Assembly: GCA_964016885.1 (NCBI GenBank)
Contig: OZ024740.1
Location: 195,300,001-195,364,000, forward strand
From: Eledone cirrhosa
Taxonomy: Eukaryota
Length of the DNA stretch: 64,000 nt
Direction of reading: 5' to 3'
The position numbers and the translations under genes are program-made. Each line of letters begins with the position of its first letter. The first letter of the stretch is position 1. Shown here piece after piece: positions 27,981 to 41,538 of this stretch. The notes below the pieces were generated by a model, which was not told where the DNA came from, made no database searches, and worked only from the letters and a program-made list of their open reading frames with translations.

Positions 27981-28317
27981 TGATCATCATTTTTACGTCT
28001 GCTTTTCCCTGCTTGCAAGGGTGGGACGGGAACTGATTCTGGCTTGATTTCTACAGCTGGATGCCCTTCCTAACAACAACCTCATTTACAGTGAGTGCTG
28101 GGTGCTTTTTTGCCATGGCACCTCCACGACCACTTTGCAGTGGAATGATAGAGACCCCAGTCCCTATCATCTCATTTCTACAGCTGAGTATACTGGAGCA
28201 ATGGGAAATATAGTATCTTGCTCAAAGAAACAACACATCACCCAGTCTGAGAATTGAACTTACTTACAACCTTTCGATTGCAAGGCCAATGCTCTAACCA
28301 CTAAGCCATATGCCTCC
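27981..28317 (-). mobile_element. Composite SINE (tRNA head, central domain, RTE-derived tail)
   Basis: Near-identical to 34084-34425 in reverse orientation; inserted in (TA)n. Confidence 0.85.
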
Positions 28318-28319
28318 AC

Positions 28320-28366
<47 letters not shown>

Positions 28367-29095
28367 CATATATATAAATATACACACACACACACACACA
28401 CATGCATACACAACCATCACTCATAATCATTTATATCAGGAGGCACAAAGCATTTGTCAAGTCTCCATGTATGTGTAAGCAGACATTATCTTGACCCATC
28501 TATCCTTGATCCAGTAAATATGCAAGAAATGACAGCAGGAATGAGAGACAGAGCTTTCCCCTACTCAGTATTTTTTATTTTTTAACTCCAAAAGAATGAA
28601 AGAAAAAGTTAATCTCATCAGGATTTAAACTTGGAATGTAAAGAGCCAAAACAATGTTGCCAATTCACCACTCTTAACCCTTTTTATACCAACCCACCTG
28701 AAACAGCCCTACTTCTATGATACAAAGTTGTTTATCTTAGAGTGCTTATATTTATCTATAAACTTTCCACCACAATTTTATGTAAGAACATTTGTTAAAC
28801 TATGTTGCAAATACCAGCTTGAAAATGTTTAGTTATATAACTAATGTTTAGTTATATAACTAAATCCCTCCAAATTCTTGATAATTTTCAAAATCATTTA
28901 AATATTATAGGCAGTCTTTGGTCAGAAATGTGGTAAAAAAAAGAGTTAAACACATGTAGGTTTGTAACAATCAACAATGGAATCTCAGAAACAAAAATAG
29001 AATAACTCATACATAAAATACACAATGAAAATTAAATAAAAGAACTGACCAGAAACAACATAAAAGCAGCACAAATTAAAATGGATAGAACTTCT

Positions 29096-29362
29096 TTAAC
29101 CCTTTAGAATTTAAACCAAGCATATCTGGCCAGAATTCTCTCATCTCTTTCTGTTCAAACCGGCTGTAACTGGCCGTTCATACTGATGTTAAGATATTGT
29201 TCTCAAAATAAATAATATCAAACCCATGATAGCATGGAAGAATGGACGTAGCACAGTGATGATGATGATCAAAATTTCATAAATTCAATATTATGCGAAA
29301 TAAAGCTTTTACTGTGAAAATACAATAGTATATATAGAGTAATGTAAATGCTAAAGGGTTAA
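29096..29362 (+). mobile_element. piggyBac-like MITE (TTAA-CCCTTTAG...CTAAAGGG-TTAA) carrying a short RTE-tail insertion
   Basis: TIRs ccctttagaattta / taaatgctaaaggg with TTAA on both sides. RTE tail at about 29222-29269, flanked by duplicated atcaaa. Confidence 0.75.
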
Positions 29363-29515
29363 CAAAAGAAGATATTGCTAGAGAAAAGTAGACGCCTGCC
29401 TCTTGACTTTAATGGCTTCATCCACTGTGCTGTTCCAGCACCAAGTAATCCTCTGTCTGGCTGGTGCTTTGCTCCAGCCAAAAGTCTTATCTGTAGTTTG
29501 CAATAAGCTATCACA

Positions 29516-29600
29516 TTAGAATTTCCAATTGTTCTCTCTGTCATATGTATCTAACTCATCTCCCCTCTCGTCATATGCATCCTGTAGAGCCTGTCTCGAT
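29516..29600 (-). CDS. Candidate terminal exon xSRQALQDAYDERGDELDTYDRENNWKF*
   Basis: Acceptor cctttctatttaatacag; phase-2 frame open to TAA with protein-like composition. No homology recognised. Confidence 0.25.
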
Positions 29601-30850
29601 CTGTATTAAATAGAAAGGACTCTTGAATGCAACTGTGCTCTAATCTCCATGTCTTCATTGTCAGGTCCAATATATGTTGATACAGCCATCTTAGAAGACA
29701 AATTCAATGAAAAAGAAATGCCAATGATGAATTAGATGATTTATCTACTATACATTTGCCTCAAGGAAACACATATATATAAATAGAGCATCAGTTTAAA
29801 AACAAAAACAACAAAAATCACTGGAAGAAATGCCTTAACAGTCAAGGTCACAAAACTACTAAGAGAAATAGCTACTTAAGAATTCAAGAGGTTATCTCCA
29901 TCAAACATCATAAAACAGAACTTAAGAATTACTAAGAGCTATGTTAACTTTCATTGGTTGATTTTGAACTTGGTGTTTTACAACTTAGCCTCTGTCATAA
30001 TGTTTTTCATTTCTTTTGTATTGCCTATTATAGTTTGTTTCTCAATGATATTGTATTCCTGATTAGAACCTTTTATAAAAGAAATATCAAATAAAAATTT
30101 CTTTTATTTATTTTCCAGCATTGTTTTGACTTTTGCACTATAACATACTTCCTTAACAAAAATTACCATATTTTTTATTTAAATCTGTTTTTTTTACTTT
30201 TTTTTATTTTCCATTTTTTATTGTATATATTATTTTTTTGTTTGAAATGTCAAACTGACAAAACTGAAATATTTATGTAAACTAAATCTGGAGTAGGTTG
30301 AGGGGGAATCAAAGAAAGAAAAAGATTCTTTTAATTGAAATTAAATAATATACCCAAGAGTTTTTCAATGAAGTACTGTTGTTGTTTAGACAGAGATCAA
30401 CTCTCATTGCACAGGCCTTTGATGAAACCATTCCAACCATGACTATCCCTTTTAGTTTTTTTCCTTCCTCTTTCTTTTTGTTTTTCTAAGATATAGTGTA
30501 TCTAGAAATATATTATCTAATGTATTCTTCCTTTTTTAAGATGACAGGGAGTAGTTTGGCAGAAATTTGTCTGCTATTTCTAGCAGGCTCAGCTAAAGAA
30601 AGAAAATTCTTTGTTGGTTTGATTTTTCAATGAATTCTTCTTGATGCTAATGAACAAAAGGTATTCCAAACTTTTAAGTCATCTTTTCTGGATTGAGGAA
30701 ATGAAGTAGAGATAAAACTAGATACCCCTGTGATTCAGGCTTAATTTTAGATCTAGTTGAAAAGATATTCTATTGATATTTGTGATTCACACAACATCAG
30801 AAAATGGATAACACCATTATCTTCTGCAGTAATCAATCACTTCAGCTTAC

Positions 30851-30910
30851 TCAGAAAATGGAAGAATTGGAGAAATGCAGGTATAACATTGCCTGCATTT
30901 CTGACTGCGC
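30851..30910 (-). CDS. Candidate 60-nt symmetric exon (87 nt with upstream acceptor; phase 2 reads GVVMFSCCRRSQKCRQCYTCISPILPFS)
   Basis: Acceptor gttttcatgttgcag (alternative ctaatttcag 27 nt upstream) and donor ga|gtaagc; open in phases 1 and 2. Confidence 0.25.
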   Translation of the reverse strand, partial: AQSEMQAMLYLHFSNSSIF

Positions 30911-31929
30911 CTGCAACATGAAAACATGACAACTCCCCTGAAATTAGGATCATGAAACATTTAAAAGTGTCAATCAAAAGTGAAACCACAAAATTAGGAA
31001 TGATAACTCATGTACAGTGTGAAAATGTAAATTACATGCTACTATGGGACAATGTTTCTATTAACAAAGAACTACAGTCGAACAATTGCATTGTGGTAGA
31101 GTCATAATAGACACTTAAATCACACATTTACCAATATATTGAATTTTGTTAGTCATAATAGTATTTATATACTATTAAGTATCAAACGATTTCCTCATAT
31201 ATCTGCAACCTGGTCACTGACACTGTTTTACAGTCGTCTTTGATATTAAATAGGATATAACACTATGGCAAAATAAAACAAACATGAATATAATTGTCTG
31301 TGGTCTGTGTGTCTCTGAGTGCTTATGTTAGTATGTGCATGTCTGCATGCATATGTATTCGTGTGCGTTTTAAAAGGCTATTATGATATTACTAAAATTC
31401 AATGCACTAATACACAAAGACACAGACACATGTATATATACACACATATATACACACGCATATGTATATATGTATGTATTACACCCCCAATTCTGACAAT
31501 GAGTTATCCCGTTGATTCAATCAAACGAACAGCCAGCCTAAGAAAGTAATAAGCAGGTGACTGAGCATTCCAAAGAGATGTGTACTCTTAACACAATTTT
31601 CAGGGACAATCACCAGGACACAGAATGCAACATGGCTGGCCTTTTGAATAAGACATACAATTCCTTTTTGTCAGCTAAGTGGACTGCTGCAAAGTGAAAT
31701 AAATGTCTTGCTGAAGGACATAAAGCGCTGCGGGGTGTCAAACTTATAACCATACAATCTTGAGTCAAACAGCCTAACCTCTGAGCCACATATACAGATA
31801 AAGGTATTGATGAAGCCAGAGTTATAATAGAAAACACTGAACTATGGTACTGTACCATGACATCAAACAGAGAACCACATAATTGCAAGGAAAACTAAAT
31901 AAATATAAATATAAATAAAAATATATATA

Positions 31930-31985
<56 letters not shown>

Positions 31986-32922
31986 ATAATAATAATAAAA
32001 GGACGATTTTTTTATGTCTTCATTATGTTTATTTATTGAGTAGTGACGCGTGTTTCGCTATTGATCAGCTCAAGGTTCGATCTGTATCGATCTAGCCCAA
32101 CTCTGGAATCAAAAGCTCGTCGCACCTCTGCTGTGGTAAAGACAGAATATATCACCCCTACCACACAGTCAGGACATACCTTTTCACCCTTTTCTCCCTC
32201 ATATTACCCTTTAAACCACAGATGCTTTCGGTTGAGTCAATGACTGACAACCTCTCTAGTGCTGGTGTCATCAAAAATGCACTCAGAATACTCTGTAAGG
32301 TGGTTGGTAATAGGAAGAACATAGAGCTGAAGAAGCATTGCTAAAAATAGGGTTGAGAAGGTTCTTCAGTTGTGTCAAGGGCACAACAACCTCCCTGGTG
32401 TTGGTGAAACAATAAATGCACCCAGTACAATCTGTAAGGTGGTTGATGATAAGAAAAGCATTGATCTGTAGAAAACCAGTGCTGATGCCACAATAAAATG
32501 CACCTATTGTACTCTATAGTGCAGGAATATATCAAAATGAGATGCTGACACCCTGGCCTATTTGAGAGGTTAGTAGCTCCAATTAAATACTAACATGGTC
32601 TGTGACATTGTGTACAGCACTTGCAAGCAAGATAAAATAGATATTAAATGATGATGATGATGATATTCCTTTATTCTTTTTATTGGTTTCAGTCATTAGG
32701 CTGCATCTATACTGATGTATGTTCTTGATTTAGTTGATCATAATGACTCCAGTACTTATGTTTTTTTTCAAGTCTGGTACTTATTTTATGTCTCTTTTTG
32801 TCAAACCACTAAGTTACGGGACATAAGACACAGACACAAATGTAAACACAGACTTGGACACAAACACACACATTATTATATATATATACTTTTTAATTCA
32901 TATAGAAATTACTTCTACAGAA

Positions 32923-32992
<70 letters not shown>

Positions 32993-33897
32993 TGGGTATG
33001 AATCAAAGTTGTAGCTGCAATATAGCAGGTACTAATCGAATAGTTTGAGGCAATCACAAAACATATATATATATATATATATATATATAGGTCAAACATA
33101 CAAATGTTGCCAGCCAAAAGATTTCACAGTAACTTGAAAGCTTTTGTGCTTTTCTAGTGTGGGAGGTGACCAGGTTTTATCAGTTCTTGCAAAATATTGA
33201 TTTCTTACACCAATGCAAGACTAAAACCAAATTAATGAAAAGGGACAGTGAATAGTCAATTTTATCCAGAACTTCACAGACATTTATTTTATCATTGAAA
33301 CTCACCAATCCTACCCCAACCAGCCAGAAGGATGAAAAGAAATGGTGACCTTGACAGGATTTGAACTCAAAACATAAAGGGCTATTACTACATACTGGGG
33401 CAGGCATTTTGTCCATATCACTAAAGCTTCTGACAACCCACCACCACTTTATCAGCCATCATATAATATTTCAGAGTATAGATGTACAAGTTCAACATTA
33501 TCATATAAAGAGGCATTACATGCATACATAAAATTTATGTGTGTGTCTATATATATATGTATATATATATATGTGTGTGTGTATATATATACACACACAT
33601 ACTCACACACACATATATATATACATATATGTATACGTACAGATACATATACATATATATATACATACATACATACATTTTCATTTTTCATTTCATTTCA
33701 TTTTACGTCCACTTTTCCCTGCTTGCAAGGGTGGGACGGGAACTGATTCTGGCTTATCTATATATACATACTGATTCTGGCTATATGTATATATACATAC
33801 ATATATATATATATACACAAACATACATATACATACATATATATCTGTCTCTCTCTGTATGTATGTATACACACACACATATATATATATATGTATG

Positions 33898-33960
<63 letters not shown>

Positions 33961-34041
33961 GTATGTATGTATATATATATATGTATATATATGTATATAT
34001 ATGTATATATATGTATATATATATGTATATATATATGTATG

Positions 34042-34079
<38 letters not shown>

Positions 34080-34083
34080 TATA

Positions 34084-34425
34084 GGCACATGGCTTAGTGG
34101 TTAGAGCATTGGCCTTGCAATCGAAAGGTTGTGAGTTCAATTCTCAGACCGGGTGATGTGTTGTTTCCTTGAGCAAGACATTTTATTTCACATTGCTCCA
34201 GTTTACTCAGCTGTAGAAATGAGATGATAGGGACTGGGGTCCATATCATTCCACTGCAAAGTGGTCGTGGAGGTGCCACGGTAAAAAAAAAAAAGCACCC
34301 AGCACTCACTGTAAATGAGGTTGGTGTTAGGAAGGGCATCCAGCTGTAGAAATCAAGCCAAAATCAGTTCCCGTCCCACCCTTGCAAGCAGGGAAAAAGC
34401 GGACGTAAAATGAAATGATGAAATG
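34084..34425 (+). mobile_element. Composite SINE: tRNA head, Meta/CORE-type central domain, RTE-derived 3' tail
   Basis: A box tggcttagtgg, B box gagttcaattc and central ccttgagcaagacattttatttcacattgctccag. 34260-34372 matches the RTE 3' UTR at 47325-47476. Confidence 0.85.
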
Positions 34426-34510
34426 ATATATATATGTATGTATGTATGTATGTATATATATATGTATATATATATGTATATATATATGTATATATATATG
34501 TATGTATGTA

Positions 34511-34543
<33 letters not shown>

Positions 34544-34585
34544 ATATATATATACATACATACATACATATATATACATATATAG

Positions 34586-34678
<93 letters not shown>

Positions 34679-34718
34679 TATATGTATATATGTATATATA
34701 TATATATATATATGTATG

Positions 34719-34781
<63 letters not shown>

Positions 34782-34846
34782 ATATATATATATATATATG
34801 TATGTATATATATATATATATATGTGTATGTATATATATATATGTG

Positions 34847-34909
<63 letters not shown>

Positions 34910-34962
34910 TTGTATGTATGTATATATATATATGTATGTATATATATATATATATATATGTG

Positions 34963-35061
<99 letters not shown>

Positions 35062-35066
35062 GTATG

Positions 35067-35111
<45 letters not shown>

Positions 35112-35130
35112 GTATGTATATATATATATG

Positions 35131-35183
<53 letters not shown>

Positions 35184-35228
35184 ATATATATATATATGTA
35201 TGTATGTATGTATATATATATATATATG

Positions 35229-35307
<79 letters not shown>

Positions 35308-35326
35308 GTATGTATGTATGTATATA

Positions 35327-35357
<31 letters not shown>

Positions 35358-35965
35358 GTCAGGTCACCAGTTGGTGCTACTGGTAACATGTATCCCAGTA
35401 CAACCTGTCTCATGGTCGGGTCGTTGGCGACTAAACTGGCAACCCCACCAAGGTTTCTTGGTGAGGAGGGTGACTTTGGACATCCTGCAGGACTAAAAAC
35501 AAAACCTGTCAAAGGGCAAAGGAGCTCTTAAGAGTCAATGGCCATCCAAAATCACTGGGAGAGATGACCCCTTAGCCTTTGTCAAGGCAGAATTCTAGGA
35601 GAAGGAAAACTCTGATGTAACACCTGCAACCTTGATGGTATCCAATGATGTTGACTTGTTCTTCTTTTTGGTAAATATCATCTTGGTTAAGAGAGTGGGA
35701 CTGGCTTTGTGCAGTGCCTTTGCTCACTATAAAAGCTTCACGGCACAGGCATTGCTTTATATCTGGAGATCTCTCTGCACTTGTCGTCACATGGTACCAT
35801 GGGCCCTGCACTATGTGTCAATAATGGTCACAAGTGTAGTGTTTGTACCAGAGTTTTCAAGTTGCTGGCTGGACTAAAAAGTCACATTCGTTCGGCGCAT
35901 CGGTAGGGGTTCTCCTACATGGATATAAAGTAGTGGCCGTACTCGAAAACGAGTTGGCAGCCACC
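35358..35965 (+). mobile_element. Bipartite non-autonomous RTE-type element (5' UTR-like part joined to 3' end)
   Basis: RTE-like 5' motif ggagaaggaaaactctga. The 3' part encodes [28 protein letters not shown] (C2H2 finger, 35820-35906). Terminal hairpin ctcg-aaaa-cgag; inserted in (TA)n. Confidence 0.65.
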
Positions 35966-35992
35966 ATATATATATATATATGTATGTATATA

Positions 35993-36037
<45 letters not shown>

Positions 36038-36090
36038 ATATATATATGTATGTATATATATATTTATATATATATATGTATATATATATG

Positions 36091-36159
<69 letters not shown>

Positions 36160-36289
36160 GTGTATATATATATATATATATACACATACACACACATATA
36201 TATATATATATATATACATACACATACATATATATATATATGTACACATACATATATATATACATACACATACATATATATATATACAT

Positions 36290-36320
<31 letters not shown>

Positions 36321-36575
36321 CATACACCTATATATATATATATATTTATATATATACATATATATATATATGTGTGTGTGTGTATACATACAGAGAGAGA
36401 CAGACAGACAGAGACAAATTTTACACTTCTGAACTATTTCTTTTGTATACTTTCTGAAAACGGAACTACTATAGCATATAGTAATTTGATGGCACAATAC
36501 GATATATATATATATATATATACTTGCACACATACATATGTATATGACTATATATATTCATATACACACTCACTT

Positions 36576-36656
<81 letters not shown>

Positions 36657-38888
36657 CACACACATCTACATATATACATACATAAGTGATAGATTTTCGA
36701 AAGAACTTTCCTAATGAAAGCCAGTAAGCCATTATCTTATTCCTGTGTGATTGAGAAAAAGGGTGGAGAAAATCTGATATTAATGTTTGCAATGTATTAA
36801 ATTTCGGTAACTGCTTTGATACACTGCAGTGTTCATAACTAATGACCACATCTGTATATCAAAAGAAACTGTCTTTACATTCCACTTAATATACTTCTCC
36901 TAATTCTTCAGATATAGAAGTTTCTTGTATCTTAAGTATGAAGTAATAGCTGGTTCTTTAGAAATATTCTCCAAACTCGGAAATCGTATAACATTACACC
37001 TTGAGAACTGAACATATTATGGACTTCAAAGGAATAAACAATATTTGAAGTGTTGAATTATAATCTAAATGTTCTCTTCTTCAGCAGTTTTTTTTTTTTC
37101 TTGTTTTTGCTTTTTGCCTGTGCTTCTTCATTGGTGTTTGGTAAGAATGTTAAAGCTGCTCAACAATTTCTCTCACCTCTCATCTAGCAATTTAAGATTA
37201 ATAATGATAGTCATACTGAATGCTGGTTTTTTCCTCCCTCAAGGATATAATGTAGTCTCCATGAGGAAATATTTGAGACCTAGTTTCCACTCAACACCTC
37301 CATCATTTCTCTCCTTGTAGAAGAAAACAAGTAGTGATCATTGGCCTATAACATCATCTTTCCTATTTAACAACAAAAGAAGAAGGGTAGGGGAGATCAA
37401 GGAGGGAAGGAGAAGGATGAAGAAGGATAAATTAGAAGATAAAGAATCTTATTCACCCCACACCCACCCAAGACAATGAGAAACAAAGTCGCCCATGGTG
37501 GGATATGAACTCAAAAATATAACTAAATATCACAAGACATTTTAGCCATCAATATCTTGCTAGCAAGGAAAACATACATTAAACAATGATGATGTTGGTG
37601 GTGGTGGTGGTGGTCATGGTGGGGAGGGTAGTGGTGGTGGTGGTGACGATGGCAGGGTGGTGGTGGTGATGGTGGTGGTGGCTGTGGTGGTAGGGATGGT
37701 AGTGGTGGTGGTCGTGGCAGTGTAGGTGGTGGTGGTAGTGGTGGTGTTAGTAGTGGTGGTGTTAGTAATGGCAGTGGTGGTGGTGATTCTATCATCCATT
37801 GTGCTCATTAGTAATAATATTTCATTCCATTTTTTTTATTTCAATTTCTATTTTTTTTCCCCTTTTTTTCATTAGTAATCTTTTCTTTTATAGTAACAAT
37901 AATAAAAATTACTTCTATCGCAACGGTAATAAGTAAATTTATCTGACATTTTCTGCCAAGAGTTGCAACTAGGAGATAGTATCAGCCATGGAAAGACCAA
38001 TGGAAATATTGCTTCCTTGGTCTGATTTGATGAGTTCCCCCCCCCCCATTCAGTAGGTGAATGAAGTCTGGTATCTTGTTGATTGATTCCTTATCGCATA
38101 TTACTTATATCATCATCATCATCATCATCACCGTTTAATGTCCATTTTTCCATGCTAGCATGGGTTAGATGAGTTGTCCTGTTGTGAGAAATGCCAGGTC
38201 AAGTAACTATGCCTTGCTCACGAGGCTTTAGAGGGTTAAAACACACACACACAACCACGCACTCCCAAAACCCACACACAGACCCAACCACACATACACA
38301 TATACATACATACACACACACATATACACACACACACATAGTAGCCACAACAAGGCCAAATATTTAAGGAGTTGACTTCCAAATCATTAGGTCATGGGTT
38401 TAACCCAACTTTGAGGCATCTTGGGTAAGTGTCATTTACCATAGACTCATGTTGACCTAGATGAGTGAAATTGGGTAGACAGACACTGTTTGGAAGCCTG
38501 TTGGATAGATTGAATGTGGTGGTGGTGGTGGTGGCAATGATGGTGGCGATGATGGTGGTGATGATGATGGTAGTGGTGATGATGGTGAAGAAGAAGATGA
38601 TGATGATGATGATTATGGTGATAGTAGTTGTAGTGGTGGTGGTGGTGGTGGTGGTGGTGGTGGTGGGATAATGATGATGATGATTGGAAGCATGACTGTG
38701 GTTAAGAAATTGTATTCCCAATTATGTGGCTCTAGATTCGATCCACTGCACTGTACCTGGTGCAAAATACTTCAAATACTTCTACACATATATTTAGGAT
38801 GACCAATGGCTTCTAAATGAAATTTGGCAGGCAGGAAATTATGCAGAAGCCTGACACACAAGTGTGTGCTTAAAGTTTTTTTTTTCCT

Positions 38889-39109
38889 ACCCTTTAACAT
38901 TCAAACTGGTCGTATCCAGTCAGAATTCTTTCACCTCTCTCCGTTCAAACCAGCTGTAACCAGCCGTTTATACTGATGTTATTGTTCTCAAAATAAATAA
39001 TACAAAAATCTCATAGATTCGATATTATGTGAAATAAGTATGTGAGGTAAAGTCTTTACCGTGAAAATATAATAGTATATATAGAGTAATGTAAATGCTA
39101 AAAGGTTAA
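38889..39109 (+). mobile_element. piggyBac-like MITE copy
   Basis: Same family as 29096-29362 but without the RTE insert. Confidence 0.7.
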
Positions 39110-39905
39110 ACAAATTATGAAAAGTAAATGGTAACATTTACTGAAAAAGGACTCAATACATGTAAAAGTTTCATCAGAAAAATCTCATTAGACAGTCATG
39201 ACTAAGCATTAAAGAAAATATGAGGAGTTTCGAGTTAAGAGGAAATGGATGGAACATAGGTGTTGAAATAAAAAGAAGAGAAGGATAATGGAGTTTCAGG
39301 TATGTGAAAGATATAAATGGGAGTGATTTGTAAGAGAAATCAGTGTCCAACATCTAATACTAGGTGCAGGGACTAACCAAGGAAGCACAGCAAGGCAAAA
39401 GAATACACAGATGTGCCCACAGAAATATTATGTAGACAGACAATATATACACACATACATACATACATACATACATAGTATGGTATGGCCTCGTAACTCT
39501 TGATAGAGCCATAGGGGTGCCATATTGACATACAGCGTTTCTTGGGCATTTTTAGCCTGTTAGAACCCATCCTTCTCCAGGCCTGAGTGCAGCAGATTTC
39601 TTCCAGAGAAAGATAGAAAGTGGAGAGAGGAAGAATCCACCCCAGTACTAGACTGGTACTTTTTTTTATTGACCTCGAAAGCAGAGAGCCAGAACGAATA
39701 CCATAAAACATTCTATCCGACGCTCCAATGACTGACAGTTCACCACCTACATACATACATCATATATACAATAGAACCATCATATTACTTTTATTCTGAA
39801 GATTAACATATATTGAGTACTCCATCACTTAGTGCTCTTTGAGGATATCCAACTGTAGAGCATATTATCTTGTAGCCACTCAGTCTGTGTGACTGCTTTT
39901 TACCT

Positions 39906-39972
<67 letters not shown>

Positions 39973-40399
39973 TGTCACTATCACCCAATCATTTTTCTTT
40001 ACTTATTTTCATTTTTCCCCCAACATGGTCGATTATGTTTCCATATATGTTGCATTAGAATGGCATTCATCATATCCTTCTGTTTTTTTCTTGTTTTAGA
40101 TTATAAATAATTCTTAGAATATAAGAAAAGTATTTTATCAATAAATACAACAATGGAGGAACTGTGAGACAATAGATATCATATACAGAGCAATTCACAT
40201 ACTCAATCCTTGAGTTAAATTAGTTTTCTACTAAAAACAAAATATGTAGAGGTGGAGGGAAAAGTATTTATGATTAGATTTGTCATGAAGATCACCTGCC
40301 AAATTACGAAAACAGTCGACAGGTGATAAATTGCCATCGGCTATATTAGAGTGTATGCCTATGTTTGGATACAAATATATTACTATAATACATGCATAT

Positions 40400-40791
40400 C
40401 TATACACACACATACACACACACATATATATATATATACACATACATATATATATACACATTTATATATACACATATATATATATATATATATACACATA
40501 TCTATACATATATATATTTTTAAATACATATATATATATATATACACATATATATATATGCATATATATATATACACATATATATATACACATATATATA
40601 CACATATATATACATATATATATATACATATATATACACATATATATATATACACATATATATATACACATATATATATACACATGTATATACCAATATA
40701 TATATACACATATGTATATACATATATATATATATATACACATATATAAATACATATACATATATATACACATATATATACATACATATAT

Positions 40792-40824
<33 letters not shown>

Positions 40825-40924
40825 CACACATATATATACATATACACATATATATACATACATATATACACACACACACATATATATATATATACACACA
40901 TATATATACATATATATATACATT

Positions 40925-40968
<44 letters not shown>

Positions 40969-41030
40969 TGATGATGATATATATATATATACATATATAT
41001 ACACACACATATATATATGTATATATATAG
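40400..41030. repeat. Compound (TA)n/(CA)n microsatellite tract
   Basis: Seen directly. Confidence 0.95.
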
Positions 41031-41538
41031 TTCATTATATCAAATCATGTATCTTTTTCTTCTTTTATCTCAAACATCATTTGATTACAATACACAGAAG
41101 TAATTTTTTTTCCTCTGAATTTAAAAAAAAAAAATGCGCCACCCTCCCAGCCTTCACTTTAAATCAAGATAGCATCAGATGAATCTGGAAAGTTCTAAAT
41201 ATAGAAACATTGAACTCTATGATAAAAAGTGAGACTCATCTGACTCCCTCTTAATAGCTTATTTATTGTTATATTGTGCAACAGTTCAACATTTCTTCAT
41301 ATGGCTAAAATGAGGTGATAGAAGTGTGTATGTGAGTTTATATGTATTTATGAGTGTGTGTGGTAGTGTCGGTATGTTGTATGAGTGTGTCTGCTAATGT
41401 GCATGTTAGTGTCGATACATAGGATAAGTGGAAAGAAACTCTCTATTGAAAATTACTTATAACTTTTGGCCGATATATATGTATATATATAAGGTAGATC
41501 TACGAATAAAACCTCTTAGATATATATATATATGTGTA

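Larger units (their letters stand above)
33780..36690. repeat. Very long compound (TA)n/(TATG)n/(CA)n microsatellite tract, interrupted by two retroposons
   Basis: Seen directly; source of the YIYI-type ORFs. Confidence 0.95.

Noticed and set aside
30851-30937. Resemblance of the Cys-rich candidate exon to BK-channel STREX-type inserts
   Set aside because: Compositional similarity only; no channel exons are recognisable in the window.
32040-32080. Partial hammerhead on the minus strand (tga-gct..agc-GAAA-cacgcg-TC, followed by aataaa)
   Set aside because: The CTGANGA box and stem I 5' strand are missing; at most a truncated remnant.
34084-34150. Possible tRNA gene
   Set aside because: A and B boxes are present but there is no complete cloverleaf, and it continues into a SINE body.
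33452-36849. Long ORFs of up to 382 aa rich in Y/I/H/T/V/C/M
   Set aside because: They are translations of TA/CA microsatellites lacking stop codons; the same applies near 1.7, 13, 40.5, 49.7 and 54.7 kb.
36690-36850. Possible exon after acceptor tttcttttgatatacag
   Set aside because: No convincing donor; the frame runs into microsatellite.
37523-38721. Pro/His/Thr-rich ORFs
   Set aside because: Derived from (GGT)n/(GAT)n trinucleotide repeats, with no splice or homology support.
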